Assembly (NCBI GenBank): GCA_021812425.1 | Contig: JAKANM010000001.1 | Coordinates: 1 to 54,442, forward strand | Source: a bacterium | GTDB lineage: Bacteria; Patescibacteriota; Patescibacteriia; Magasanikbacterales; GWA2-37-8 | Length of the DNA: 54,442 nucleotides | Reading direction: 5' to 3' | In this document: in pieces, positions 19,612-28,441 of the stretch | Position numbering within the stretch: the stretch's first letter is position 1 | Layout of the letters: each line of letters begins with the position of its first letter | The notes under the pieces: model-generated | Seen by the model: the letters and a program-made list of their open reading frames with translations, nothing else | Databases searched by the model: none | What the model was told of the DNA's origin: nothing | Position numbers and translations under genes: made by a program

Positions 19612-21045
19612 TTATAGGGACCCAATATCATGCGGACCGCTTTCGCGCTGGCCGGCATTGGTGATTTGGATAAACTCACAATTTTGTTTTAATTCATCAA
19701 CCGTGTGAGAATTGGTGTAGCTCATGCCGGAACGCAGGCCGCCGACCAGCTGACCGATGATGTCCGTGACCGATCCCTTGAACGGCACCACCGACTCGAC
19801 TCCTTCCGGCACCACTTCGCTCAAATCTTTTTTCTCTAGTCCTAGATTTTTTCTTTTTTCACTGACATCAAAACTGGCGCTACCGCGATAAACCTTGAAT
19901 TTTTTGTCGCCCCTCGTCACAATTCGTCCTGGGCTTTCAGCTGTTCCGGCGAAAAGCGCTCCGATCATCACGCTGTCCGCGCCGACTCCAATCGCTTTGA
20001 CAATGTCGCCGGATTTTTGAATGCCGCCGTCGGCAATAACCGGCACGTTATATTTTTTAGCTATCTCGGCAGAGTTCATGACGGCCGTAAGTTGAGGGAC
20101 GCCGCAGCCAGTAACAAGTCTGGTGATGCAGGTGGCGCCCGGCCCGACTCCCACCTTCAGTCCGTCAACGCCGATTTCACAGAGTTCACGCGCCGCATCG
20201 GCGGTGGCGATGTTTCCGACGATAAGTTCAACCCCCGGGCAGACGCCGCGTAATTTTTCGATTGCTTTTACCATCAAATCGGAATGTCCGTGCGCGATGT
20301 CTACCACCAACACATCAACCCCGGCTTTTACGAGTTCCTGCGCTCGTTCGATGTAGTCGCCGTGCACTCCGACCGAACCGCCGACGATCAGTTTGCCGTC
20401 GCTATTCACATTCGCTAGCGGATATTGCCCAAGATTTTTAATATCAGCCATCGTGACAAGACCCTCAATAACTCCCTCGTTATTTACGATCGGCAATTTT
20501 TCAATTTTTTTCTCGGCCAGGATGCGTTTTGCTTCGACAAAAGTAACGCCTTTTTTCGCGACCACCAGTTTGTCGTAGGGAGTCATAATTTCGGCAACGG
20601 TTTGTGCGTCGGAAGTCGCGAACAGCAAATCGCGACTGGAAATTACGCCTAGCAATTTTCGATCTTTATTTGCGACGAGGAGGCCGCCAACCCCAAGTTC
20701 AGCGGTTCTTATTTTGACTTCCATTACCGTCGCAGTCGGTTCGATGGTGTAGGGATCGGAGATGATGAGATTTTGCGCGCGTTTCACCCGTTTGATTACG
20801 TTGGCGTTTTCCTCAATGGTCATGAAACGGTGGATGATACCGATGCCGCCGAGGCGCGCGAGGGTCACCGCCATCGTTTCACCGGTCACCATGTCCATAT
20901 TAGCGCTAACGATCGGGATCCCAAGGCTCAGCTTTTTGGTTAGCCTCGTTTTCGTGTTGGCCTCCTTGCGCGAGGTGAAGGTGGACCGTTTTGGCGTGAT
21001 AAGCACATCGTCGTAAGTCAGCGCCAATTTGATAGTTGGAGGCAT
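19612..21045 (-). CDS. guaB: IMP dehydrogenase
   Basis: LTYDDVLITP, GGIGIIHR, tandem CBS domains, catalytic-Cys loop GPGATCITR, GGIQKSGDIVKAIGVGADSVMIG. The ATG at 21045 is preferred over the TTG at 21063. Confidence 0.95.
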   Translation of the reverse strand: MPPTIKLALTYDDVLITPKRSTFTSRKEANTKTRLTKKLSLGIPIVSANMDMVTGETMAVTLARLGGIGIIHRFMTIEENANVIKRVKRAQNLIISDPYTIEPTATVMEVKIRTAELGVGGLLVANKDRKLLGVISSRDLLFATSDAQTVAEIMTPYDKLVVAKKGVTFVEAKRILAEKKIEKLPIVNNEGVIEGLVTMADIKNLGQYPLANVNSDGKLIVGGSVGVHGDYIERAQELVKAGVDVLVVDIAHGHSDLMVKAIEKLRGVCPGVELIVGNIATADAARELCEIGVDGLKVGVGPGATCITRLVTGCGVPQLTAVMNSAEIAKKYNVPVIADGGIQKSGDIVKAIGVGADSVMIGALFAGTAESPGRIVTRGDKKFKVYRGSASFDVSEKRKNLGLEKKDLSEVVPEGVESVVPFKGSVTDIIGQLVGGLRSGMSYTNSHTVDELKQNCEFIQITNAGQRESGPHDIGSL

Positions 21046-21123
21046 ATTTCGGTAAGTTAACAATTAGTTCAAATTTTGATATAATCTATTATAGCCTAAT
21101 TTTATAAAAAAGCTACTTTTTAT

Positions 21124-22035
21124 ATGTCCGAGACGCAAAGAGAAGGGAGGGAAGGGGTGGTTGATTATGAAGATGAGTTTTTTAAGTTCGCAGAAAAATT
21201 TGACGAAACATCTAGAAAAACTTCAAAATTTCGCGCGATTGAAAAGCTGGCCGATGACGACGGCGACTACAAAGCGGCATTATCAAAATTAAAAATATTT
21301 TACACCGAGCGGAGAAATGTTCTGGAAAAAACTTCGGTAAACAAAATAGAAGGATTGGAAATTGATGAGGAAAGCCTAAAACATGATATCGCAAATTTTG
21401 CCATCGTTCAAGGCGATCAGGAAAGACTGCTTGGCAACGGCGCGGTAGCGGAAGTTTTTTATTTGCGTGGGATCTACAAAAGCGACTGTTGTGTCAAGAT
21501 TGTTTACAATGAAAAAATGTATGCGGAGGGTAATAGTTTAGAAAAAGAACACGGTTTTTTGCAAAAATTGCAGGATGTTGAGGTTGACGGCGTGCGGACG
21601 CCAAAACCTTTTTATTCTTTCTCAAATTTAAAAATGAAGGGGCTGGTGATGGAGGAATTGGACGCTTTTAATTTTCGGAGGATTATCGACGGTTTTACCA
21701 CTGCCGGTATAAAGGACGAACTTCCTTCCGATTTTGATTTGGATGGTTATTTCTCAAAGCTTAAGAAGTATTTTAACCATCTTCACAGTTTGGGGATCTA
21801 TCACGGCGACATCGCGCTTAGAAATTTAATGGTAAACAGGAAGACTGGATTGCCAGTGGTGATTGATTTTGGCAAAGCCAGATTGGCGTCCGAATTGGAT
21901 AAGACGAATCTGAATCTGCCCGATTACGCCAAAAGCGACCTCGCGGCGCTGGACTCAGCGAAAGCGGAAGCCAAGGAATGGTTCGCAAAAACTGTCCGAA
22001 AAGGCGGAGGAGAGCCAAGCAATATTGACAAATAA
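21124..22035 (+). CDS. atypical minimal protein kinase-like protein (RIO/Bud32/Kdo-kinase-like core) with acidic N-terminal extension
   Basis: Gly-rich loop LGNGAVAEVF, beta3 Lys in CCVKIVY, catalytic loop YHGDIALRNLMV, and VIDFGKA (DFG). The C-lobe is very short, with no APE or activation segment. Confidence 0.6.
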   Translation: MSETQREGREGVVDYEDEFFKFAEKFDETSRKTSKFRAIEKLADDDGDYKAALSKLKIFYTERRNVLEKTSVNKIEGLEIDEESLKHDIANFAIVQGDQERLLGNGAVAEVFYLRGIYKSDCCVKIVYNEKMYAEGNSLEKEHGFLQKLQDVEVDGVRTPKPFYSFSNLKMKGLVMEELDAFNFRRIIDGFTTAGIKDELPSDFDLDGYFSKLKKYFNHLHSLGIYHGDIALRNLMVNRKTGLPVVIDFGKARLASELDKTNLNLPDYAKSDLAALDSAKAEAKEWFAKTVRKGGGEPSNIDK

Positions 22036-22053
22036 TGAATTTATTGATATACT
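22025..22053 (+). promoter_or_regulatory. promoter TTGACA-17-TATACT
   Basis: TTGACA 22025-22030 and TATACT 22048-22053, overlapping the kinase stop codon and upstream of the 66-aa ORF. Confidence 0.5.
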
Positions 22054-22086
22054 CATATGTCGTTTCCAAATGAAACTGGAGGAACC

Positions 22087-22287
22087 ATGTTTTCGCTAAA
22101 CGAGAAAATTTTGCAAGAAGCCAAAGAGTTGGCGCGAAAGATGTTGGTTTCAGGGGATGTGACCTCTGCTGTTCGCTCGGTTTCCGGCGCTGAAATCGCT
22201 TGCGTTTCCACGGACAAGTCTCAAGTACTGCCCTTGGCATCCTTCCAGGTGGAGAGTGAAACTTTCTACCTCGGACATCGCTTATGA
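22087..22287 (+). CDS. hypothetical 66-aa protein
   Basis: ATG at 22087 is preceded by GGAGG (22078-22082). It has its own promoter and a double terminator. No recognisable motif. Confidence 0.45.
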   Translation: MFSLNEKILQEAKELARKMLVSGDVTSAVRSVSGAEIACVSTDKSQVLPLASFQVESETFYLGHRL

Positions 22288-22302
22288 GCGGAGAACGACA
22301 CG

Positions 22303-22380
22303 GGGGGCTGGTCAGAATTTGACCGCCCCCTAAATTTTTAAAAAAAATCAGCCCCTTACCAATTGGTAGGGGGCTGTTTT
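22303..22380. terminator. two tandem hairpins; the second is a bidirectional terminator between convergent genes
   Basis: Hairpin 1 is GGGGGC(T)GGTC/GACCGCCCCC (22303-22330). Hairpin 2 is a 12-bp stem CAGCCCCTTACC-AATT-GGTAGGGGGCTG (22349-22376), flanked by A7 and T4. Confidence 0.75.
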
Positions 22381-22409
22381 AGTTTAAAAGACTGCTAAAC
22401 AAGTTAAAA

Positions 22410-22901
22410 TTACTGCAACCAATGATATTTTTGTACCAACCCTAACTGTTTCCACCATTTGCCGAGACCGAGCAGTTCGCCAGGGGCCGCGCTAGTGACG
22501 ATCAGGCCGACGAAACTTACCGCCTCGAGGATGTGATCATCGATAAAAGGGTGATTTTTGGGAGGCAGAAGCGCCGAGTACATGAGTAGCACCATCACTA
22601 GGCCGCACCAGCTGGCAAATCTAATCGCCACGCCCAAAGTCAGAGCAAGTCCGACACCAAGGAGGCCCAGCATGAATAGCCAATCGACAAGAGGACTGCC
22701 GGCGATAGTATGATAGAAATCGGCAAAAGGTCCGGTAACTCCAAATTTTAGAAAGCCCAAGGTTGGCGATCCGCCGTTTAGCCAAGCTCCGGCCGGTTTG
22801 GTGGCAAAACCCCAGCCAAAGGTTTTGTCGAGAAACGCCCAGAGGAACATTAATCCAAGTGTGAGGCGAAGTGTCGCCCAGTACCATTGTTCGCGGACCA
22901 T
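22410..22901 (-). CDS. DoxX family membrane protein
   Basis: Four TM segments. The N-terminal RLTLGLMFLWAFLDKTFGWGF pattern is typical of DoxX-like proteins. Confidence 0.7.
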   Translation of the reverse strand: MVREQWYWATLRLTLGLMFLWAFLDKTFGWGFATKPAGAWLNGGSPTLGFLKFGVTGPFADFYHTIAGSPLVDWLFMLGLLGVGLALTLGVAIRFASWCGLVMVLLMYSALLPPKNHPFIDDHILEAVSFVGLIVTSAAPGELLGLGKWWKQLGLVQKYHWLQ

Positions 22902-22926
22902 AGTTTATTGGTTAAGAGTTAAAATT

Positions 22927-23628
22927 TTATCTAATGTATACTTTGTCCACAAATTTTCTGAACTTTTCGGCGATCGCTTCTGTTTCTTCCGCGGTAAAGC
23001 TGGAATAAGTTTCAAAGGCCGGCGAAAGAGTAGTCTCCGGACGGAAGCCCTGTAAGTATAGCATTTTCTTGCCTTTGAGTAAATCGCACATTTCCTCGAT
23101 GACATTTGGGGTATGGACCTCCTTGACCAGCGTAGTGCGAAATTCATAGGGTAGGCCGCTTTCATGGATTATTCTCATGCTTTCGACCAACTGATTTTCC
23201 GACGCCAGCTTGCCCACCAAGCTTTGGTACCTCGGCATGGAAGTTTTTATGTCCATCGCGATGTAGTCGAGAAGTTTGTTTTCAATGAGACGCCGGAGCA
23301 CGCCCGGACGGTTGCCGTTGCTGTCGAGCTTGACGAGCAGGCCGCGTGATTTGATTTTTTTTATAAAATTTTCTAGATCAGGCATGAGGGTCGGTTCGCC
23401 GCCGGTCACGACCACGCCGTCGAGAAGCTCTCCTCGCTGGTCAAGAAAGTTAAAAAACGCCTCTTCCGCAATAAAGTTGGAACGAAGCGCAGCGATTTTT
23501 TCGGGCAAGACGAATTCTGGATTGTGGCAGTAACCGCACCTGAAATTGCAACCCGGGGTAAACACGATACAGCTTACTTTCTCCGGGTAATCAAGCACGG
23601 TAAACGGCTGGATGCCGCTTATTAGCAT
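22927..23628 (-). CDS. nrdG: anaerobic ribonucleoside-triphosphate reductase activating protein (radical SAM)
   Basis: CNFRCGYCHN (CxxxCxxC) and GGEPTL. It sits directly downstream of nrdD, and its ATG overlaps the stop of the 65-aa ORF (ATGCTAA). Confidence 0.9.
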   Translation of the reverse strand: MLISGIQPFTVLDYPEKVSCIVFTPGCNFRCGYCHNPEFVLPEKIAALRSNFIAEEAFFNFLDQRGELLDGVVVTGGEPTLMPDLENFIKKIKSRGLLVKLDSNGNRPGVLRRLIENKLLDYIAMDIKTSMPRYQSLVGKLASENQLVESMRIIHESGLPYEFRTTLVKEVHTPNVIEEMCDLLKGKKMLYLQGFRPETTLSPAFETYSSFTAEETEAIAEKFRKFVDKVYIR

Positions 23629-23819
23629 AGTTTAAATTGTTCATTAAATTCGTGGTTGGCGACCATCGCTTCGGTGAAGTGTTTGCGCGAGACATGCTCG
23701 GATTTTTTGCCGGTGTTGAAATGAGAAACCGGACGGTGATAACCCATGACACGGGTCCAAACTTCACAGCGGGTGCGCTGTGGCAGTTCGGAGGCGGCGG
23801 CGGAGGCAGCGGCTGACAT
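23622..23819 (-). CDS. stand-alone glycyl-radical domain of NrdD (65 aa)
   Basis: EVWTRVMGYHRPVSHFNTGKKSEHVSRKHF matches the conserved C-terminal RVxGY...N.GK..E..R glycyl-radical segment of class III RNRs. It is separated from the nrdD body by stops in all three frames. Confidence 0.7.
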   Translation of the reverse strand: MSAAASAAASELPQRTRCEVWTRVMGYHRPVSHFNTGKKSEHVSRKHFTEAMVANHEFNEQFKLC

Positions 23820-23851
23820 ATTTTGACAAGTTAAATATGTAAATTATTTAA

Positions 23852-25969
23852 TTAGCGGGCAGGTGAGTGGCTGGAATGTTTTTGGCGCCAATTATGATCA
23901 AAGCGCGGGGCTTCGGTAAGGCCAATTTCTTTGTCGCATTTTGGACACCAATCGTATTCGCCGGCGAGATAGCCATGCTTCGGGCAGATCGAGAAAGTCG
24001 GTGTGATGGTGATATACGGCAGGCGGAAATTGGTGAGAATCTTGCGAACCAGGGTGCGGCAGACTTCAGGTGAGCTGACTTTTTCGGTCATGTAGCAATG
24101 TAGAACCGTGCCGCCGGTGTATTTGGTCTGTAGGTTGTCCTGGAGCTTCAGAACCTCGAACATGTCATCGGAATAGCCAACCGGAACTTGGGAAGAATTG
24201 GTGTAGTAAGGAGCTTCGCGAGTGCCGGCTTGGAGGATGTTGGGGAAGCGCTTTTGGTCTTCCTTGGCGAAGCGGTAGGTAGCTCCTTCAGCTGGAGTAG
24301 CTTCGAGGTTGTAGAGATTTTTGGTTTCTTCCTGGAAAGTTTGCAGTTTGGCTCGCATGTAGTCGAGTAATTCGGCGGCGAAAGCTTGTCCCCAGGCGGT
24401 AGTAATGTTTTCTCGATCATCAGTGAAATTACGGATCGCTTCGTTGACGCCATTCACTCCGATAGTTGAAAAATGGTTCCGGAGGTAGCCAAGGTAGCGT
24501 TTGGTGAAAGGGAAAAGTCCGTTGTCGATCCACCGTTGGATTTCTTTGCGTTTGATTTCAAGTGAGGTCTTTGCAAGTTCCATGAGGTAATCAATGCGCT
24601 CGAAGAACTTTTGTTTGTCGCCTTTGTGCATGGCGCCGATGCGCGCGGTCGCGATCGTCACGACGCCGATCGAACCGGTCATCTCAGCTGAACCGAACAG
24701 TCCGCCGCCGCGCTTTCGGAGTTCCTTCAGATCGAGCTGTAATCGGCAACACATGGAGCGGACGTCTCCCGGATTTAGGTCGGAATTGATAAAGTTTTGG
24801 AAATACGGGGTGCCGTATTTGGCGGTCATTGCAAACAGTGGTAAATTTTTCGGATCGTTCCAATCGAAATCTTTAGTGATATTGTAAGTCGGAATCGGGA
24901 AAGTAAACGTCCTGCCTTTGGAGTCGCCGGCCGTCATGACTTCGATGAAAGCGCGGTTGATGATGTCCATTTCCTTGTGGAGCTCGCCAAAGGTAAATTC
25001 AAACGGCTTGCCGCCGAGCAGAAGGCGTTTTTCGCGGAGATCATTTGGAACATTCCAATCCAGGGTAATGTTGGTAAAAGGAGTTTGTGTGCCCCAGCGT
25101 GACGGGATGTTCAGGTTGAACACGAATGACTGCATGTTTTGATAGACATAGCCATAAACTCTCTTGTCGACGTAAGCCTGTTCGGCCGCCTCGGTATCAA
25201 ATCTCATGCCGCTTTCCTTCATTTCTTCTCTAGTCTTCATTTCGTATTTTTTTACGAACGGCGCCAGGTAGGTGTCGAAGCTTGAAAATGCCTGTGCTCC
25301 GGCCCATTCGTTCTGGAGGGTGCCGAGGAAGTTTACCATTTGAGCTACGGCCGAGGAGAGGTGTTTTGGTGGACCGGATTCGATCTTGCCGGGGACGCCG
25401 TTGAAACCTTCTTCGAGCAGGGCGCGCAGACTCCAGCCGGCGCAATACCCGGAAAACATATCAAGGTCATGAATATGTACGTCGGCGTTGCGATGCGCGT
25501 CGCCGATATACTTCGGATAAACATGTGAGAGCCAATAATTGGCGGTAACTTTACCGGCGGTATTCAGAATCATGCCGCCGAGCGAGTAGCCTTGGTTGGA
25601 ATTGGCGTTTACCCTCCAGTCAAGCTGGTTTAGGTACTCGGAAATGGTCTTTTCTACCTCTACTACCACGTCTTTTTCGTCGCGAACTTCGGATCTTTTG
25701 GCGCGATAGAGGATGTAGGATTTTGCGACCGCGCTGTAGTCGTAGTTTATCAGTTTTTTCTCCACCATATCCTGGACATCCTCGACATGGGGGATGGTTT
25801 CAGGAAAATTTTTCTCAAGCTCGGCAATAACGTCGCCAGTGATGACCGCGGCCGCGGCTGAATCAGGAGTTCCGGCCGCAGTGAATGCCTTGAGGATGGC
25901 ATCTTCAATTTTCAGTTTGTTAAAATCGATCACGGCGCCATTTCTTTTTTGAATCTTGTAGATCGGCAT
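23852..25969 (-). CDS. nrdD: anaerobic ribonucleoside-triphosphate reductase (class III), large body lacking the glycyl-radical segment
   Basis: N-terminal ATP-cone (IQKRNGAVIDFNKLKIEDAILKAF), class III core, and C-terminal zinc ribbon ICPKHGYLAGEYDWCPKC. The ORF stops 25 codons after CPKC without an RVxGY motif. Confidence 0.9.
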   Translation of the reverse strand: MPIYKIQKRNGAVIDFNKLKIEDAILKAFTAAGTPDSAAAAVITGDVIAELEKNFPETIPHVEDVQDMVEKKLINYDYSAVAKSYILYRAKRSEVRDEKDVVVEVEKTISEYLNQLDWRVNANSNQGYSLGGMILNTAGKVTANYWLSHVYPKYIGDAHRNADVHIHDLDMFSGYCAGWSLRALLEEGFNGVPGKIESGPPKHLSSAVAQMVNFLGTLQNEWAGAQAFSSFDTYLAPFVKKYEMKTREEMKESGMRFDTEAAEQAYVDKRVYGYVYQNMQSFVFNLNIPSRWGTQTPFTNITLDWNVPNDLREKRLLLGGKPFEFTFGELHKEMDIINRAFIEVMTAGDSKGRTFTFPIPTYNITKDFDWNDPKNLPLFAMTAKYGTPYFQNFINSDLNPGDVRSMCCRLQLDLKELRKRGGGLFGSAEMTGSIGVVTIATARIGAMHKGDKQKFFERIDYLMELAKTSLEIKRKEIQRWIDNGLFPFTKRYLGYLRNHFSTIGVNGVNEAIRNFTDDRENITTAWGQAFAAELLDYMRAKLQTFQEETKNLYNLEATPAEGATYRFAKEDQKRFPNILQAGTREAPYYTNSSQVPVGYSDDMFEVLKLQDNLQTKYTGGTVLHCYMTEKVSSPEVCRTLVRKILTNFRLPYITITPTFSICPKHGYLAGEYDWCPKCDKEIGLTEAPRFDHNWRQKHSSHSPAR

Positions 25970-26001
25970 AAAATTTTTTGAGAAAAAATTTTCTTATAGA
26001 A

Positions 26002-26042
26002 ATTGTATCGCTAATTGTATCGCTGTACAATGTTGCGGTCAA
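26002..26042 (-). promoter_or_regulatory. nrdD promoter region with tandem 12-nt repeat giving two phased -10 boxes, plus a palindrome
   Basis: On the minus strand, TTGACC-17-TACAAT and, 12 nt downstream, TTGTAC-17-TACAAT. The plus strand shows AATTGTATCGCT twice (26001-26024) and the palindrome ATTGTA-N6-TACAAT (26014-26031). Confidence 0.5.
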
Positions 26043-26323
26043 GGAGATTTTTTGGAAAATTTTATGGCTTAACTGAGCAGAAAGGATAGGTTGGGAAATA
26101 GTTATCCACAGCTAAGGATAATTTTTACCAATTTAGTATCAAAATTAAATTTGAAACACTACCGGTAGTGGTCGTAGGGATGCAAAATTGAATTTTGAAG
26201 TCAAGAGCAATTTTGCGCATAAAAGGGGATAACTTTATTAAAACAAAAACAACCTTCGAAAAAGTTGCTTTTGATATGCGGGCGTCTGTATGAGCCCGCC
26301 GCATACCCTCCATTTTTGGTTTT

Positions 26324-27040
26324 CTACTTCGGCACGGCCGTGTTTCCGCCTTCCGCCATCTCCTTGCAGTAGGCGATGAACTCCGGAGTCCAATAGGTCT
26401 GTTTCAGACCCGGAAGCTGCTCGGCAAGCCGATCCAGCATTGGCGCGGCGTTCAGGAGTACCTGGGCGAGGCAGTCGCGATTGTTCATGGTCAGGCGTTG
26501 TTCCACGGCGTAGAGCAAATAGTCCAGGTTTTCAAGCGCTTGGAACGCAGCGATCTCTCGCGGGCAATGGTTGTTCAGGTTTTTGAAGGTTTCCTGAGCG
26601 ATGGGAGGAAAGTTCGCAGGTCGTTTTTCGGCAAACTGCAGCAAAAACGCCGTGCGATACATAGGGAACCCTGGCAGGTTTTCGTATCGCTTTACGAAAG
26701 CGAGATATTCCTGAAGATCTTGATGATCGGTTTTGTCGTTTAGGAGAACGTCTCGATGCAGTTCGCCTTCGCCGTGATCATGGACCGCGACGGCTCGGAT
26801 CAGAAGTTCGGGGCTGAGTTTCACGAAATCCTGAAGCCGGTCAACGAAATCAATCGTCAGCATGATGAGCGCGTAGGTGTGCTGAAGGGTGCTTTGGGGT
26901 CGCGTACCCTGGACGTTAACCCACGCTTTCCAGCGCCAGACATCCTTCAACATCACTTGGCCGCTTAGCCAAACATCAAAGAACGGTTGGTGCGATTCCG
27001 GAAGCGGACGAGCGGACTCGTGTAGATTGTAGAGCGACAT
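26324..27040 (-). CDS. HD-domain phosphohydrolase (YfbR-like 5'-nucleotidase-type motif)
   Basis: H...HD pattern: HTYALIML...AVAVHDHGEGELHRDV. GC-rich relative to its neighbours. It sits between nrdD and pyrD. Confidence 0.6.
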   Translation of the reverse strand: MSLYNLHESARPLPESHQPFFDVWLSGQVMLKDVWRWKAWVNVQGTRPQSTLQHTYALIMLTIDFVDRLQDFVKLSPELLIRAVAVHDHGEGELHRDVLLNDKTDHQDLQEYLAFVKRYENLPGFPMYRTAFLLQFAEKRPANFPPIAQETFKNLNNHCPREIAAFQALENLDYLLYAVEQRLTMNNRDCLAQVLLNAAPMLDRLAEQLPGLKQTYWTPEFIAYCKEMAEGGNTAVPK

Positions 27041-27114
27041 CGGCTACTCCTTTGCCACGATGGGCGGATTGAGCCTGCTTACTAGGGCAGGCAGGTTGAC
27101 TGGTGACGATAGTA

Positions 27115-28260
27115 TCATGTCGGTTCACCGCTGGCAACAGGCGCATCTTTTCCAACCGCTTCGGCAATATTCTTGTAGCCGTCGCGCTCTAGAAGTTTGA
27201 TTAGTCCGTCGTTGATTTTTTTGACAATGAAAGGGCCGCCGTAAATAAATCCGGTAATAATTTGAACTGCCGAAGCGCCAAGTCGGATCTTGCGATAAGC
27301 GTCTTCAGCGGTGAAAATACCGCCCACGCCGATAATTTTCAAGCGGCCTTGGCTTTCCTGGTATAACTGTTTAATGATCGTATCGCTTTGGCGTTGGAGT
27401 GTCAGTCCGGAAATGCCGCCTGGATGACTAAGTTCCACGGCGCTACTTTTGAATTTTATGGCGTCGCGATTTTTTATCAGATTGGTAGCGATAACGCCTG
27501 TGATATGATGCGCGAGGCAAATCGCGATGATTTGGCTGAGCTCATCGCGGGTGTAATCCGGTCCGATTTTAATAAAGACGTCTTTTTTAATGTGGTGATC
27601 TTTTAGTGTTTTGTCGACCGCGCCCAGCAGTTCTTCGATAAAATAAATTTGGGTAAAGGTGGTGCATGATGCCACATTTGGACAGCCGACATTTAGGGTA
27701 ATGTAGTCGGCGTATTGATGGAGTTCGAGCAGGCTTTTAACATAGTCCTCAACCATTTTTTCGACTTTCAAACCATTAGTCGGAGCGAGGCTGATGCCGT
27801 AGGGTGTTGGGTGTCCTTTGATTTGTGAAAAAAGCTCGGCTGTTTTTTTTGCGCCAGCATTGGCAAGACCATAAAAAATGATGAGACCCTTATCTTTCGG
27901 AAGCCGCCAGAGGCGAGGCCGCGGATTGCCAGCCTGTTCGGAATAGGTGATTGATCCGAGTTCGGCAAAGCCAAAGCCTAACATCGGGTAGGCGCGCGGC
28001 GCTTCGAGATATTTGTCGAAACCAGCCGCGAGGCCGACTGGATTTTTCAGTTCAAGGCTTCCGAGGCGGGTCGCAAGGCGCGGATCGGTTGACGACAAAA
28101 AATTGTGAAGTAAATTATAAAGTGGTTTTTGGCGGCTGACAATCCCCAAAGCCTTAATTACCCATCGGTGGATGCTTTCCGGATCGGTGAAGAGAAACAG
28201 CAGGGGGCGGAGGATTTTTTCGTAGATCATAGGTGAAATTTTATTCACATATATTAGCAT
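27115..28260 (-). CDS. pyrD: dihydroorotate dehydrogenase (quinone), class 2
   Basis: GLAAGFDK, catalytic Ser region LNVGCPN, GGISG, IGVGGIFTAEDAY. The start is uncertain; an internal ATG at 28230 (MIYEKILRPLLF) is also plausible. Confidence 0.9.
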   Translation of the reverse strand: MLIYVNKISPMIYEKILRPLLFLFTDPESIHRWVIKALGIVSRQKPLYNLLHNFLSSTDPRLATRLGSLELKNPVGLAAGFDKYLEAPRAYPMLGFGFAELGSITYSEQAGNPRPRLWRLPKDKGLIIFYGLANAGAKKTAELFSQIKGHPTPYGISLAPTNGLKVEKMVEDYVKSLLELHQYADYITLNVGCPNVASCTTFTQIYFIEELLGAVDKTLKDHHIKKDVFIKIGPDYTRDELSQIIAICLAHHITGVIATNLIKNRDAIKFKSSAVELSHPGGISGLTLQRQSDTIIKQLYQESQGRLKIIGVGGIFTAEDAYRKIRLGASAVQIITGFIYGGPFIVKKINDGLIKLLERDGYKNIAEAVGKDAPVASGEPT

Positions 28261-28329
28261 AATAAGCCGTTTATTACTAGATGAATTTCTGTTTTGTGAA
28301 CTTATCCACCTGCCTGTTGGCTGTTAGGC

Positions 28330-28358
28330 TTTACAGGTGAACAGATGTTCACTATAAT
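28330..28358 (+). promoter_or_regulatory. lexA promoter (TTTACA-17-TATAAT) with an embedded SOS box of the GAAC-N4-GTTC (Cheo/DinR) type
   Basis: The perfect 16-bp palindrome GTGAACAGATGTTCAC (28337-28352) fills the spacer between -35 (28330-28335) and -10 (28353-28358). Confidence 0.75.
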
Positions 28359-28441
28359 CTAAATGAGCAAGAGAAATAGATTTGCTTGCAAAGATATTTC
28401 CGAGCGAATGAAGATTATATTTGGATATAATAAACTTTGAT

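Noticed and set aside
23820-23851. Intron, intein or programmed bypass as an explanation for the nrdD interruption
   Set aside because: The non-homologous stretch is only ~165 nt in total, with a 32-nt AT-rich spacer. That is too short for a group I or II intron or an intein, and I saw no matched take-off and landing codons or a bypass-type hairpin. Two separate ORFs is the simplest reading.
26001-26024. Tandem 12-mer considered as a CRISPR-like or minisatellite repeat
   Set aside because: Only two copies, no spacers, and it sits exactly on the nrdD promoter. It is interpreted as regulatory duplication.
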